Shown: positions 41,407 to 51,542 of the stretch, piece by piece
Position numbering within the stretch: position 1 is the first letter of the stretch
How the letters are laid out: the number at the start of each line of letters is the position of its first letter
Source of the DNA: Mycoplasma sp. CAG:472
Lineage (GTDB): Bacteria > Bacillota_I > Bacilli_A > RF39 > UBA660
Length of the DNA stretch: 64,000 nucleotides
Assembly (NCBI GenBank): GCA_000437315.1
Contig: FR899419.1
Location: 16,156-80,155 of the forward strand
Direction of reading: 5' to 3'
Made by a program: the position numbers and the translations under genes
The notes under the pieces: generated by a model
Database searches by the model: none
What the model was told of the DNA's origin: nothing
The model's input: the letters and a program-made list of their open reading frames with translations, nothing else

Positions 41407-44278
41407 TTATCTAATGTGATATGGATTTGTACTTGTTCCTTCTCCTCCAGCAATACTTAATTCTTTAGAGTCAAGATAAAATACAGGTCTATAATTATAT
41501 TCATCAGTTGAATCTATTCCAGAGGCTTGTATATATCCTTGTCTTCTTATTATGGATACGTTATTATCATTTTCACTGCTTGGAGAAATAAGCCATTCAT
41601 CAACATTTCCACCAAATGTATCAAGTTGAGATTGATATAACCAATTGTTATCTAAACAAGTTTGATTATTATTTAATTCAAATAATTTTGTTGATTGACA
41701 TCCTTTTGCAGCATAACCATAATCACTTGGATACATAAGTCCAACATAGCCGAAAAGATATGGTGGATTTGAAGAATAAACTGCACTTGTATTTCTTTCT
41801 ATTGCATACATATTTGCTGCTGTAACCTGTTCCCAATTATATGTGGAACTATTTGCTCCTCCTAAATGCCATTTAGCTTGTGCCATACCATTATGTTGAT
41901 TTGCAAATTTTGAATGAAATTCACTTATATTAAATAAGTTACCTAAATAATCATTATTTATCGTAGTAGCAATATCAGATTGTTCCCAGTTATTTAAATT
42001 ATAGTTATTTGTACTTACTGTACTTGCTGCCCACCTACTAGTACCATAATCGGTTGTAGAAATTATTTTTAATAATTTTGATTTACTATTATTCATAATA
42101 CTACTACCAGTAAGTTCTTCTTCAAATAATCCAATTATTCTAAATAATAACTCTTTATTAGAACAACTACCAGTTGTATTATTATCTAAACATATATAAT
42201 TATTTGGATTAGCCCCTTCATATCTTATACCATTATGATTAAACAAATCGTTATTATTTGCAACGAATGTAGTATCAAATGATGTTCCAAGAAGAACAAC
42301 AATTTCTTGAGTAGTTGTATTACCTTTTGCATCTTTTACCCATAAATAATTTCTTCCCTCTTCTTGAACATTAGTATTTAAATTATAAGATTTTCCACTT
42401 ATTGAAACCCAGTTTTTTGGTGTACTAGTACTTTTACTAATTGCATAACCAGTAAGACCTTTTTCACCACTAAGTGTTGCTGTAACATTTTTGCCACTTA
42501 TACTTATATTTTTTACTGTTGGTTTATCGCTAGCTACTTCATATACATTATTCCAAGTTCCATCACCGATTAAATTAGCATCAGAGGATAGAGAAACTAC
42601 ACCACGGACCCCAACATTGCTATTGACAATGCCAACGTTCAGAGCGCCATCACCACGCACAACGAACCCACCAGCAAAAGAACTACCACCGAAAGCACGA
42701 GGGGAGCCCGCCCAATAATAATCTCCAGTATATAAATAAAAACTATTATTTGCTTTTCCTGTTGGTAATCCAGCAAAAGTTATTTCATCCGCTGATATTA
42801 ATCCCACTGGATAAGATAACTTACCATTACCCTTGACTGTTGTTGTTGTAAATTTATCACTGGCTACTGGACATATGTAATCAGGTGACACTGGATTATT
42901 CCATACTCTACCATTCGCTCCATAAAAATATCGTGTTCCCTTTGAATTCCAACTTGTTAAGGTTGTATAATTTGTAGTTGAATATGCTACATTTGAAGTC
43001 GATGCTGTTCTATCATTACAATATATTTGATCCGTTATTTTTGTTCCTGTTTTATTTAAATCTGTATAGTTTGCATACCAATTATCTAAATATGTTTTTA
43101 TATCACTACTTTGACTTGTTCCATGTTGTTTTCCTATTTCATACATATACCCTACATATTCTGCACTATTATATTTTTGATTAAAAGGACTATTTCCTAA
43201 TGAGACTTTCATTAAATTGACTATTTCCTAATGAAGTATCTTCTGTTTTTATTACCTTTGTACTTTCTGTTGGTGCTTTTACACCACTATATATCATTCT
43301 TATTGAACCATCACCATTTATTCTAATTATTCGCCAATATATATCATCACCACTTGATGCTATTTTTGTGCATGAATTACCTGTATCCGTAGCAGATATC
43401 GTACCATTATTACAATTATACATGTCTTTAGTATACTTACCATATTTTACCCAGTTATTATCTACTGCTCCTCTGAAATAATAAGATGTTCCTAAATCAT
43501 CTTGTGCTGAATACATACCCTTATCACTTGCGGTTGTTACTGTACTAAAATCTGGTTTTGGTTTACTTTCTATTTGCGATTTAGCCTCCGCTACGGAAGA
43601 AGCACCAGTACTTTTTAATAATACATAATCTCCACCTAGTATTTGCTCATTAAATGAACAATTTGTATTGGCTACTTTAATATTACCTTTAAAAGTTTTA
43701 CCAACTACATTATCTTGAATAACATCTAAATTATAATATTTAGCAGTAAAAGACCATTTTTCTAAAATATTTGTATCTGTAGAAATTTTTATACCACTTA
43801 TTAATGTAACTGCACTAGAACCCGATACATCTATTTCACTAAATGAATTTCCTTTATCTGAAGTACCACTTAAAGTAAATTCTTTTAAACCTGCATTTGT
43901 TGCTCCACTACTTGGAGTATATGCTGTACTTGGAATATATACTAAATCATAACTACAATATACTTTTTTAAGTCCATTTGTATTAAGTGAAACATTAATA
44001 TTACCACCATTTCCACTTACAAAAGAACTATAATCATTACTAGCATTTGCCATATCTAAATCACTTTGATTTATAGTTAATGATAAAGTGCTATTACCAC
44101 TACTTTCAAATGTATAATATTTAGTATTAATATTACCCGATATAGTATTATTATTTTTAATTTCTATATTAAAGAAATATGCATAAGAAATACCTATAAT
44201 AATTGTTACTACTAATAAAACACCAATAAATATTAATATTCCTACTCTATTTTTAACTATTTTATCTTTTAATTTCAT
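41407..44278 (-). pseudogene. Surface protein paralogue split into two ORFs (43190-44278 and 41407-43212) by an imperfect 31-nt tandem duplication
   Basis: The N-terminal ORF has a SipW-type signal (IIIGISYAYFFN) and ends ...TSLGNSQFNESLIRK*. The C-terminal ORF starts MKVSLGNSPFNQKYNSAEYVGYMY. Deleting one 31-nt copy fuses them in frame. The C-terminus also carries the YLWVKDAKGN Ig-like module and ends YNYRPVFYLD..GGEGTSTNPY. Confidence 0.7.
43183..43244 (-). repeat. Imperfect 31-nt tandem duplication (25/31 identical, 16-nt perfect core)
   Basis: The plus-strand core GACTATTTCCTAATGA occurs at 43198-43213 and 43229-43244. Coding sense: TCATTAGGAAATAGTC-AATTTAATGAAAGTC / TCATTAGGAAATAGTC-CTTTTAATCAAAAAT. 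Confidence 0.85.
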
Positions 44279-44642
44279 AATAAAAATACCTTTCTACTAT
44301 CTATTAAAATGATACCACATTTTAATAGTTTCTAAAAGTATTTTTTACAAAAAAATTATTTTTTTACATCTAAATTTTAAATGTATTGTAAAATATAAAC
44401 ATGTTTTTGTCAAAAAATATATTGAGTGTAAGTATACTAACATTAACAATTATCACTAAAATTAATACTAATATCGTATAAGACCTCTGTTCAATTTGAA
44501 ATATTACGTTTTGTACATGAAAAGTTTATATAGAAAGAATAGAGCTTTTTTATTATATTTAAGAATATACGAACTATAAATTATAGTTTAAAATGTATAC
44601 TTTTACTTGATTTATGCATATTATATATAGTACAATTAAATC

Positions 44643-44751
44643 GCAAAGGCGAAAGCCTGAAGTAGAAATACTTCATAATTGTACTTATTTAAGTACATAG
44701 TCAAGTGTCTAGGACACATTTACTATACTAGTCAATTTGACTAGTTTTTTT
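44643..44751 (+). ncRNA. Candidate ~110-nt structured small RNA convergent with greA
   Basis: TTGATT (44607-44612), 18-nt spacer, TACAAT (44631-44636). Then five consecutive hairpins: AGGC-GAAA-GCCT, GAAGTA-GAAA-TACTTC, GTACTTA..TAAGTAC, GTGTC-TAG-GACAC, and ACTAGTCAA..TTGACTAGT followed by T7. The GNRA loops and the T-run exist only in the plus-strand reading. Confidence 0.45.
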
Positions 44752-44778
44752 ATATTTTACAATAAAAAAAGTATGCAA

Positions 44779-45240
44779 TTAACATACTTTTAGAATTTTA
44801 ACAGAATACTGTCCGTTAGGTGATTCAACAGTAACAATATCTCCTTCTTTATGAGACATTAATGCTTGTCCTAAAGGTGATACATTACTAATTAAGTTAT
44901 TAAATGCATCAGCTTCAGCAGAACCAACTATTTTATAAGTGTCTTCATCACCATCATCATCAATTGTAACAGTGGATCCAACACTTACTTTACCACCCTT
45001 TTCAATTTTAGCTATTTCACTATGTTCAAGTCTATATTCAAGTTCTTTAATTCTTGATTCAACTTTACCTTGAGCATCTCTTGCAGCATCATAATCAGAA
45101 TTTTCAGATAAATCTCCTTGAGCTCTAGCATCCTTTAATGCTTTAATTATTTGAGGTCTACGTACATTTTTAAGTTCATTTAATTCTTCCTCAAGTTTAA
45201 GGTATCCCTCAGCGGTAATTATAAAACTATCTTTTTTCAT
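44779..45240 (-). CDS. greA: Transcription elongation factor GreA
   Basis: N-terminal coiled coil with the acidic tip (AQGDLSENSDYDAARD). C-terminal FKBP-like domain (SPLGQALMSHKEGDIV). Length 153 aa. Confidence 0.95.
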   Translation of the reverse strand: MKKDSFIITAEGYLKLEEELNELKNVRRPQIIKALKDARAQGDLSENSDYDAARDAQGKVESRIKELEYRLEHSEIAKIEKGGKVSVGSTVTIDDDGDEDTYKIVGSAEADAFNNLISNVSPLGQALMSHKEGDIVTVESPNGQYSVKILKVC

Positions 45241-45354
45241 TTTTTCTTTCTCTCCTTGCTAATTTAATTTGTCGATAAAAATTATACCATATCTATTATA
45301 TTTGTCAAGTAGTAAAAAATATATGATTTTTTTAGTAATTTATTAATAAAAATC

Positions 45355-46161
45355 TTACTTAAATCTATTTTTATATGTGCACTTTTTGCAAATATCTAAA
45401 TAACATTTATTATTCTTAAAATAATTTATAATATTATGGTATTTTTCACTATTTAGTATAAAAGATAAGTCTTCATAAAAAATATTTCCTAAATTACTTT
45501 CTCCTTCACCATCAAGACAACATATTATTACACTGCCATCAGATAATATACCAATATGACTTTTACCGCCAAGACAATATCCATCACTATTACTATTTGC
45601 ATTACTTGGCCACTCAAAAATATTTTGTAGTGATACATAAACATTATCTATAAGTTTAGTATTATTATTAATTTCATTTATATTAAAATATCTTTTTAAA
45701 ATACTAATATACTTTTTAGTTTTATCATCCATTTTATTTTCCTCTAAAGTCCAAAATCTTAAAGAAATAATTGTATTTATTTTTAAAATACTTATACATT
45801 CTAAAATATCTTCTAAATAACTTTCTTTACTATTTTCACTATGAAGAGAAATATTTATTTTATATATATTATGTTTTAATAATATATCAAGTTTTTCTTT
45901 TAAAAGTGTCCCATTTGTGGTAATTATAACTTTTTTATTATAATTATCTAGTAACTCAAGTATTTTATCTAAATCTGGATGTAAAAGAGGTTCTCCTTTA
46001 ACGTGTAAATATATAAAATCAGTATATTTATCTATTTTTTTTAAAACAGTTTCAAATTCTAAAATACTCATATTTCTTTTATCTCTAAAAGATTTACTAC
46101 AAAAAGAGCAATTTAAATTACAACTATTAGTTATTTCTATATATATTCTTTTAAATTTCAT
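45355..46161 (-). CDS. Radical SAM protein with C-terminal SPASM/twitch-like Cys cluster
   Basis: CNLNCSFC (CxxxCxxC) at residues ~14-21. The C-terminus contains CLGG..IICCLDGEG...CYLDICKKC. Confidence 0.75.
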   Translation of the reverse strand: MKFKRIYIEITNSCNLNCSFCSKSFRDKRNMSILEFETVLKKIDKYTDFIYLHVKGEPLLHPDLDKILELLDNYNKKVIITTNGTLLKEKLDILLKHNIYKINISLHSENSKESYLEDILECISILKINTIISLRFWTLEENKMDDKTKKYISILKRYFNINEINNNTKLIDNVYVSLQNIFEWPSNANSNSDGYCLGGKSHIGILSDGSVIICCLDGEGESNLGNIFYEDLSFILNSEKYHNIINYFKNNKCYLDICKKCTYKNRFK

Positions 46162-46187
46162 ATTAACCTTTCATAAGAAAAAAAGAG

Positions 46188-47123
46188 TTAATTACCCTTT
46201 TCCTCAAACTTATCAAATTCATTACCATTATTTTTAATAATTATTTGATTATCATTTATTTCATAACTTAAACTATCTGTTTCAATTGGTGTATATCTTT
46301 TTTCTATAGTACTCGATTTACTATTATAAATAATAATTTCATTAGAACTACTTGTTAATATAATAATATAATCATTAAAATATTCATAATTATTTATACT
46401 TAAATCTGATAAAATATTATCTCCATTATAAGTATAAAATGAATAAATATCATTATTTTTAGATATTATTAGATTATCATTATAATCATAAATAGGAACT
46501 CCAAAAGTACTTGTTAATGAATTATCATCTTTATCTATTAAATAATATCCATTTAATTTTTCAACAATAATTTTATCACTTTTAATAACGTCTTCATCAG
46601 TTTTATTAGCAAGTGCCATATAATCATAACTAGGTTTTATTTTAAAATTACCTACATTTAAATCAAATAATCCATATAAATTTTCTTCATTTTTAACTAT
46701 TAAATAGTTTCCCTCAATATCAGAATTATAATTTTTTAACATATTTAAAGTTAATAACTTAATTTTAGTACCTAAACTATACAAATAGATTTTATCATTA
46801 TCCTTAATAAAAACATTATCAGTATTAAATACACCAATATCATTTTTATCTCCTTCTTTATAAAAATCATTTATTTCATCATCAATTTCAGTTTGAGCAT
46901 CATCACAATCTGAAGATGTACATTCATATGTTCCTAATAATTTACCTTCACTATCATAGTAAAATAATTTATTATTATATTTATGTTCTTTACTAGGATT
47001 TTCTAAAGAAGTACCCTTAGATAAACTTTTATAAGAACCAATTACTGTAAGAGGCAAAAATATTATCAGAAGAATAATTATAACGGGAAGAACCATTTTA
47101 TTATTCTTCATTACCATCACCAC
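46188..47123 (-). CDS. Membrane-anchored WG/KWG-like repeat protein (311 aa)
   Basis: N-terminal TM segment, then repeated segments of the type LYGLFDLNVGNFKIKPSYDYMA. Overlaps the upstream paralogue by 23 nt; the exact start among several Met codons is uncertain. Confidence 0.5.
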   Translation of the reverse strand: MVMVMKNNKMVLPVIIILLIIFLPLTVIGSYKSLSKGTSLENPSKEHKYNNKLFYYDSEGKLLGTYECTSSDCDDAQTEIDDEINDFYKEGDKNDIGVFNTDNVFIKDNDKIYLYSLGTKIKLLTLNMLKNYNSDIEGNYLIVKNEENLYGLFDLNVGNFKIKPSYDYMALANKTDEDVIKSDKIIVEKLNGYYLIDKDDNSLTSTFGVPIYDYNDNLIISKNNDIYSFYTYNGDNILSDLSINNYEYFNDYIIILTSSSNEIIIYNSKSSTIEKRYTPIETDSLSYEINDNQIIIKNNGNEFDKFEEKGN

Positions 47124-49170
47124 TTACAAGATTACCTGTTGCTTTATTAAATTTATAACTATTATTATTTACTTTTATAATATAATTTTCTTCATCCTCA
47201 CTTATTTCAAATAAAGTTGAATCATTTCCTTTAATTTGAATATTTACATCTAAAATACCTTTTTTAGCATCTTTGTAATTATAGATATTTAAAGAGTTAT
47301 CTTTTTTAACTAATGCAAAATAATTATCATAAAGTTTTATATATTTCCCTTCATTAGATAAAATATTACCTTTCATACTATATACTAAATAATTATCTTT
47401 GTTTTTAACAAGCATATATGAAGATACATAATCTATAATATCAAATGTTGATGATGCTATCTCATTACCTATTTTATCATATAGGAAATTTTTCTTTTCT
47501 CTTTTTACTAAAAGTAAGTCTTTCATAAATGATATGCTAAGAGTTTTACCTGATGGTTCATCACTTTTAGTATCAGTAAAGGCTATTACCCCAGATGGAC
47601 CATTACTACCAAATGTTATTGCTCCATATCCATCGGATGTATTTTGACAATATACTAAACTATTTAAGGCTGATACATGAGTTACTTTTTCTACGCCAAT
47701 GCCAGTATCTACTGCTTTATATTCACTTAAGTTTTTACTATTTTTTAAATCATATAATATAACGTTATTATTATCAGAAATAAATGCATAACTATTATTA
47801 AATATTGGAATATATCCTGAAGTTTCATTTACAATCTTACTTTCCTTTGCTACAAAACAGCTTGTAAGTTCAGTTGTTTTACTTGTAACATCATTTTTAT
47901 TTTTACATGTATATTTGCCAATTAAGTTTTCTTTATCTTCATCTGAATAAAAATAAAGTTTTCCATCAAAATAATTTACAAAATCAAGTTTAGAGTTAAA
48001 TGCTCCTTCATAAACATTGATAGTCTTTTCTTTATCATCATAAGTAATTGTAAGACTTCCGTTAGAATAAGTAAATTCAAAAGGTTTTTTAGTTTCTTTT
48101 AAAGTATTTTTTTCATCAAAAATGTATGATGTTTTATAATCTAAACTCTTTAATTTAATTTCTTCTTCATTTAATTTATTTAAGTTATTATCATAAATAG
48201 TCATTTTTCTACTGTTAACTGCAAATACAAAATCTTTATCAAGTAAAATAGTATCATATTCTTTATTTATAACTTTATTACCATTTAAATCATATAAAAC
48301 ATTATCACTTACTAAAAATTTATCATTAAATGCACTAATTTCATTACTAAAATCTTTAGAAATCTTATTATCATCCTTTATTAAATAATATGATGAACCC
48401 TCTTTTGCAATAAATGTATTATCACTATTATATATATCAATATAATCATATTTTGCTTTAGCAAGTTCCTTTATTTCATCACTAATTGATAAAACACCAT
48501 ATTTATCTTTTTCATCAGTAAAGGCTACAATGCCCTCTTTAGTAGATCCAACTTTAATAGTTTTATATGAACTTTCTTTTTTCTTATCAATCATATTATA
48601 TAAATTAATTATATCGCCATCTTGAACAAAGACATATTTATTATTATATATTTGACTTCTTCTTTGTAAAGGATTTTCTTTTTCATCTAAATAAACTGGT
48701 AAGTCGGTTTTATTTTCACTTGTTAAATATGCAACATAACATTTATTTTCATCTTTATTTTCACATTCATAATCACCAATAGTTTTATCATCTTTATCCA
48801 AAAATTTTAATGTACCATTATTATAAATGTAATTATCTTTTTCCACTATAACGGGTTTTTCTTTATTATCATCTACTTTCTTATCTTTTTTTATAACAAG
48901 AAAATATACTAAAATAAATGCTATTACTAAAACAATTAAAGATATACTTACTATAAAAATTATCTTTTGTTTTTTAGTAAGGTTTTTAAAAGAAAACTTC
49001 TTTTTATTTTTCTGAGGTTTCTTTTTCTTTTCTTTAGTTACAACCATTTCATCATCCTCAATAGATACTTTATCTTCATCATATAAAGTATCCTCAACAT
49101 TTTTGTTTATTTCGACAATAACATTAGTGCTATCATCATATTCATTTTTAAAATCATCCATACTTTTCAC
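47101..49170 (-). CDS. Membrane-anchored WG/KWG-like repeat protein (689 aa)
   Basis: Charged N-terminus, one TM segment (IIFIVSISLIVLVIAFILVYFLVI), and repeats of the type KYGVLSISDEIKELAKAKYDYIDIYN. Confidence 0.5.
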   Translation of the reverse strand: MKSMDDFKNEYDDSTNVIVEINKNVEDTLYDEDKVSIEDDEMVVTKEKKKKPQKNKKKFSFKNLTKKQKIIFIVSISLIVLVIAFILVYFLVIKKDKKVDDNKEKPVIVEKDNYIYNNGTLKFLDKDDKTIGDYECENKDENKCYVAYLTSENKTDLPVYLDEKENPLQRRSQIYNNKYVFVQDGDIINLYNMIDKKKESSYKTIKVGSTKEGIVAFTDEKDKYGVLSISDEIKELAKAKYDYIDIYNSDNTFIAKEGSSYYLIKDDNKISKDFSNEISAFNDKFLVSDNVLYDLNGNKVINKEYDTILLDKDFVFAVNSRKMTIYDNNLNKLNEEEIKLKSLDYKTSYIFDEKNTLKETKKPFEFTYSNGSLTITYDDKEKTINVYEGAFNSKLDFVNYFDGKLYFYSDEDKENLIGKYTCKNKNDVTSKTTELTSCFVAKESKIVNETSGYIPIFNNSYAFISDNNNVILYDLKNSKNLSEYKAVDTGIGVEKVTHVSALNSLVYCQNTSDGYGAITFGSNGPSGVIAFTDTKSDEPSGKTLSISFMKDLLLVKREKKNFLYDKIGNEIASSTFDIIDYVSSYMLVKNKDNYLVYSMKGNILSNEGKYIKLYDNYFALVKKDNSLNIYNYKDAKKGILDVNIQIKGNDSTLFEISEDEENYIIKVNNNSYKFNKATGNLVSGDGNEE

Positions 49171-49251
49171 ATCCTATTTTCAAAATAATTATAGCAAATA
49201 TATAGTTTTGTTGCAAGATGGAAAGTTTTTCAATTAAAAAGTCAATGATAA

Positions 49252-50184
49252 TTATTTATCAAAGACTTTTCTTTTTAAAGTTTCGTATTCTTCCTCAGTT
49301 ATTTGCAAGTAGTTAATTACTTGCTGTTTTGATAGACCATCTTTTATCATTTTGAGAGCTATTGCCACAGTAACTTCATCAGTCACTTTTTGGGTTACTT
49401 CATCAGTTACTTTTTGAGTTATTTCTTTAGTAATTTCTTTTTCTCTTTTTTCTACCTTTTCGGCAACTTGTTTTTCAATAGTTTCTTTCATTGCCTCATC
49501 ATCGGCAGCTTTTCTAAGTTTTTCGACATCATAATATAGCATATCATCAAAATTTTCCCACATTTCCTCTAACCTTTTAATTACCCTTTCCATTATTGGA
49601 TTGCCATCATAAAACTGTTCATAGTTAAAATCTTCTCGATTATAAAATACTAGAAACAATTTTTCCAAACTATCACTTGGCATCCCATCAATTTCATTAT
49701 AACTTAGTTTTTTTAGAAAGTCCATATTGATATCATAAATAACAAGGTTGTTATCACGAATGCAATGATATGTGGTTTCGCATAATTGTGTTTTGTAAAT
49801 AAACTCTCCCTTTTGATAAATATCGAAATTATTCACATTAATTTGATATATTGGTTTAATTTTTCTTTCTTTTTCACCAGGTTTAAGTTGTCTTAAATAT
49901 AAATGAAATACATACATATTATTCTTTACAATATATGTTGATTTATATTCAGTATTAAATTCAAAATTAATAACGCTATAATCATTTTCAAATAAAGCAT
50001 CAGTATCTTTTCCTTTTATATTTTGATTTTCATTAACACCATTATGAACAAGCTCTAGATTATTCTTAACATATTCATAGTTTAGTTTTAATAATTTACT
50101 TATTATTAAACATACATAATCTCTAAGGTTTATATCAGTTAAAAGTAGTTTAGCTGCTCTATCATTAATAAAACCATAAGGCAT
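49252..50184 (-). CDS. Possible Rpn/PD-(D/E)XK-nuclease-family (transposase_31-like) protein
   Basis: GKDTDALFENDYSVINFEFNTEY resembles the D...E.Q nuclease core; the C-terminal helix-turn-helix-like tail is LSKQQVINYLQITEEEYETL. Start moved to MPYGF (ATG 50182-50184) behind AAAGGAGGAAAG. Confidence 0.4.
   Translation of the reverse strand: MPYGFINDRAAKLLLTDINLRDYVCLIISKLLKLNYEYVKNNLELVHNGVNENQNIKGKDTDALFENDYSVINFEFNTEYKSTYIVKNNMYVFHLYLRQLKPGEKERKIKPIYQINVNNFDIYQKGEFIYKTQLCETTYHCIRDNNLVIYDINMDFLKKLSYNEIDGMPSDSLEKLFLVFYNREDFNYEQFYDGNPIMERVIKRLEEMWENFDDMLYYDVEKLRKAADDEAMKETIEKQVAEKVEKREKEITKEITQKVTDEVTQKVTDEVTVAIALKMIKDGLSKQQVINYLQITEEEYETLKRKVFDK
49371..49418 (-). repeat. 24-nt tandem duplication inside the Rpn-like gene (encodes TQKVTDEV x2)
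   Basis: TAACTTCATCAGTCACTTTTTGGG / TTACTTCATCAGTTACTTTTTGAG. Confidence 0.8.
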
Positions 50185-50402
50185 ATTCTTTCCTCCTTTC
50201 AAATGCATATTAGCAAAATTAAAAGAATTAAGCAAAAGTCTAAAAAATGCATATTTTGTTCTAAATTTATATTTTTAGAGTGATTTTTTGCAAAAAAAAT
50301 TTTAAATTGCATCCAAAAATATATTTTTAGATAAAATTATGAAATTTTAGTATTTTTTACACTTTACATATTTTTTACATAAAAAAGAAATAGATTTTTA
50401 CA

Positions 50403-51542
50403 CTATTTCATTTTTCTATTAAAGTCCTTTATTTCATCTTCATTATCAAGATTGCTATCTAAAAGTTCCTTGAATAATTTCTTTTGGGATAAAGTAAGTT
50501 TTGTAGGAATAATAATATTTACTACAACATACATATTACCGCGCATAATTGAATTTGGACTTTTTAAACCTTTTCCTTTAAGTTTTAACTTTGTATAATT
50601 TTGAGTTCCTGGTTTTATTTCAAGAATAACATTACCAGTAAGTGTTGGTATTTCTTTTTCACAACCTAAAGTCGCCTCGGCAACATTAATTGGAAGTTCA
50701 AGATAAATATCATTTCCTTGTCTTTCAAAAAGAGGATGCTCTTTTATTTCAAAATCTACATAAAGATCACCATTTTCACCATTTGAAGAGGCATTACCTT
50801 TACCTGCAAGTCTTAATTCATGACCTGAATCAACGCCTTCGGGAACTTTAATTTTAATAGATTTTTTTTCATTTACAATACCCATTCCTTTACAGTCTGA
50901 ACAAATATTTTGATAAGTAACACCTTTCCCCATACAATCAGGACATACTTTTTGGGTTTGCATTACTCCAAATATAGAACGAACTTGCTCTAAGACTACT
51001 CCACGACCACCACATTTTGAACATGTTTTTTCATTAAAGCCACCTTTACCATCACAGGTTTTACAAGAACTTTTTAAATTAACTTCAATAGTTTTTTCAC
51101 ATCCAAATGCAGCCTCTTCGAAAGTAAGAGGAATAGTTACTTTTATATCACTACCTCTTGAAGTTCTTTGCTTTCTTCCTCCACCAAATGAGGAAAATCC
51201 ACTTGTAAAGGATGAACCGAAGTCATCATCCTCTCCAAAAACATGGCGAAGAATATCTCCTAAATCGATATCACTGGCATTAAAATTAAATCCACCTTGA
51301 CCGCCAAAGTTACCTGTTCCATCAAAGGCAGCTGAACCATACTGATCATATGCTTTCCTTTTTTGTGGATCAGATAAAATTGCATAAGCCTCACCTATTT
51401 CTTTGAATTTTGCTTCATCACCAGTTTCTTTATTATCTGGATGGTACATCTTAGCAAGTTTTCTAAAGGCTCTTTTAATTTCTTCGTCAGTGGCTGTTTT
51501 TGAAACACCTAAAAGTTCATAATAATCTTTTTTACTATTCAT
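50403..51542 (-). CDS. dnaJ: Chaperone DnaJ
   Basis: J-domain with HPD (KMYHPDNK), a G/F-rich linker, and four CxxCxGxG zinc motifs (CKTCDGKG, CSKCGGRG, CPDCMGKG, CSDCKGMG). Confidence 0.95.
   Translation of the reverse strand: MNSKKDYYELLGVSKTATDEEIKRAFRKLAKMYHPDNKETGDEAKFKEIGEAYAILSDPQKRKAYDQYGSAAFDGTGNFGGQGGFNFNASDIDLGDILRHVFGEDDDFGSSFTSGFSSFGGGRKQRTSRGSDIKVTIPLTFEEAAFGCEKTIEVNLKSSCKTCDGKGGFNEKTCSKCGGRGVVLEQVRSIFGVMQTQKVCPDCMGKGVTYQNICSDCKGMGIVNEKKSIKIKVPEGVDSGHELRLAGKGNASSNGENGDLYVDFEIKEHPLFERQGNDIYLELPINVAEATLGCEKEIPTLTGNVILEIKPGTQNYTKLKLKGKGLKSPNSIMRGNMYVVVNIIIPTKLTLSQKKLFKELLDSNLDNEDEIKDFNRKMK

Noticed and set aside
50236-50402. Repetitive A/T-rich motifs (…AAAAATGCATATTTTG…, …AAATTGCATCCAAAAATAT…) between dnaJ and the Rpn-like gene as a regulatory repeat.
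   Set aside because: The copies are short and imperfect, and not distinguishable from low-complexity AT-rich intergenic sequence by eye.
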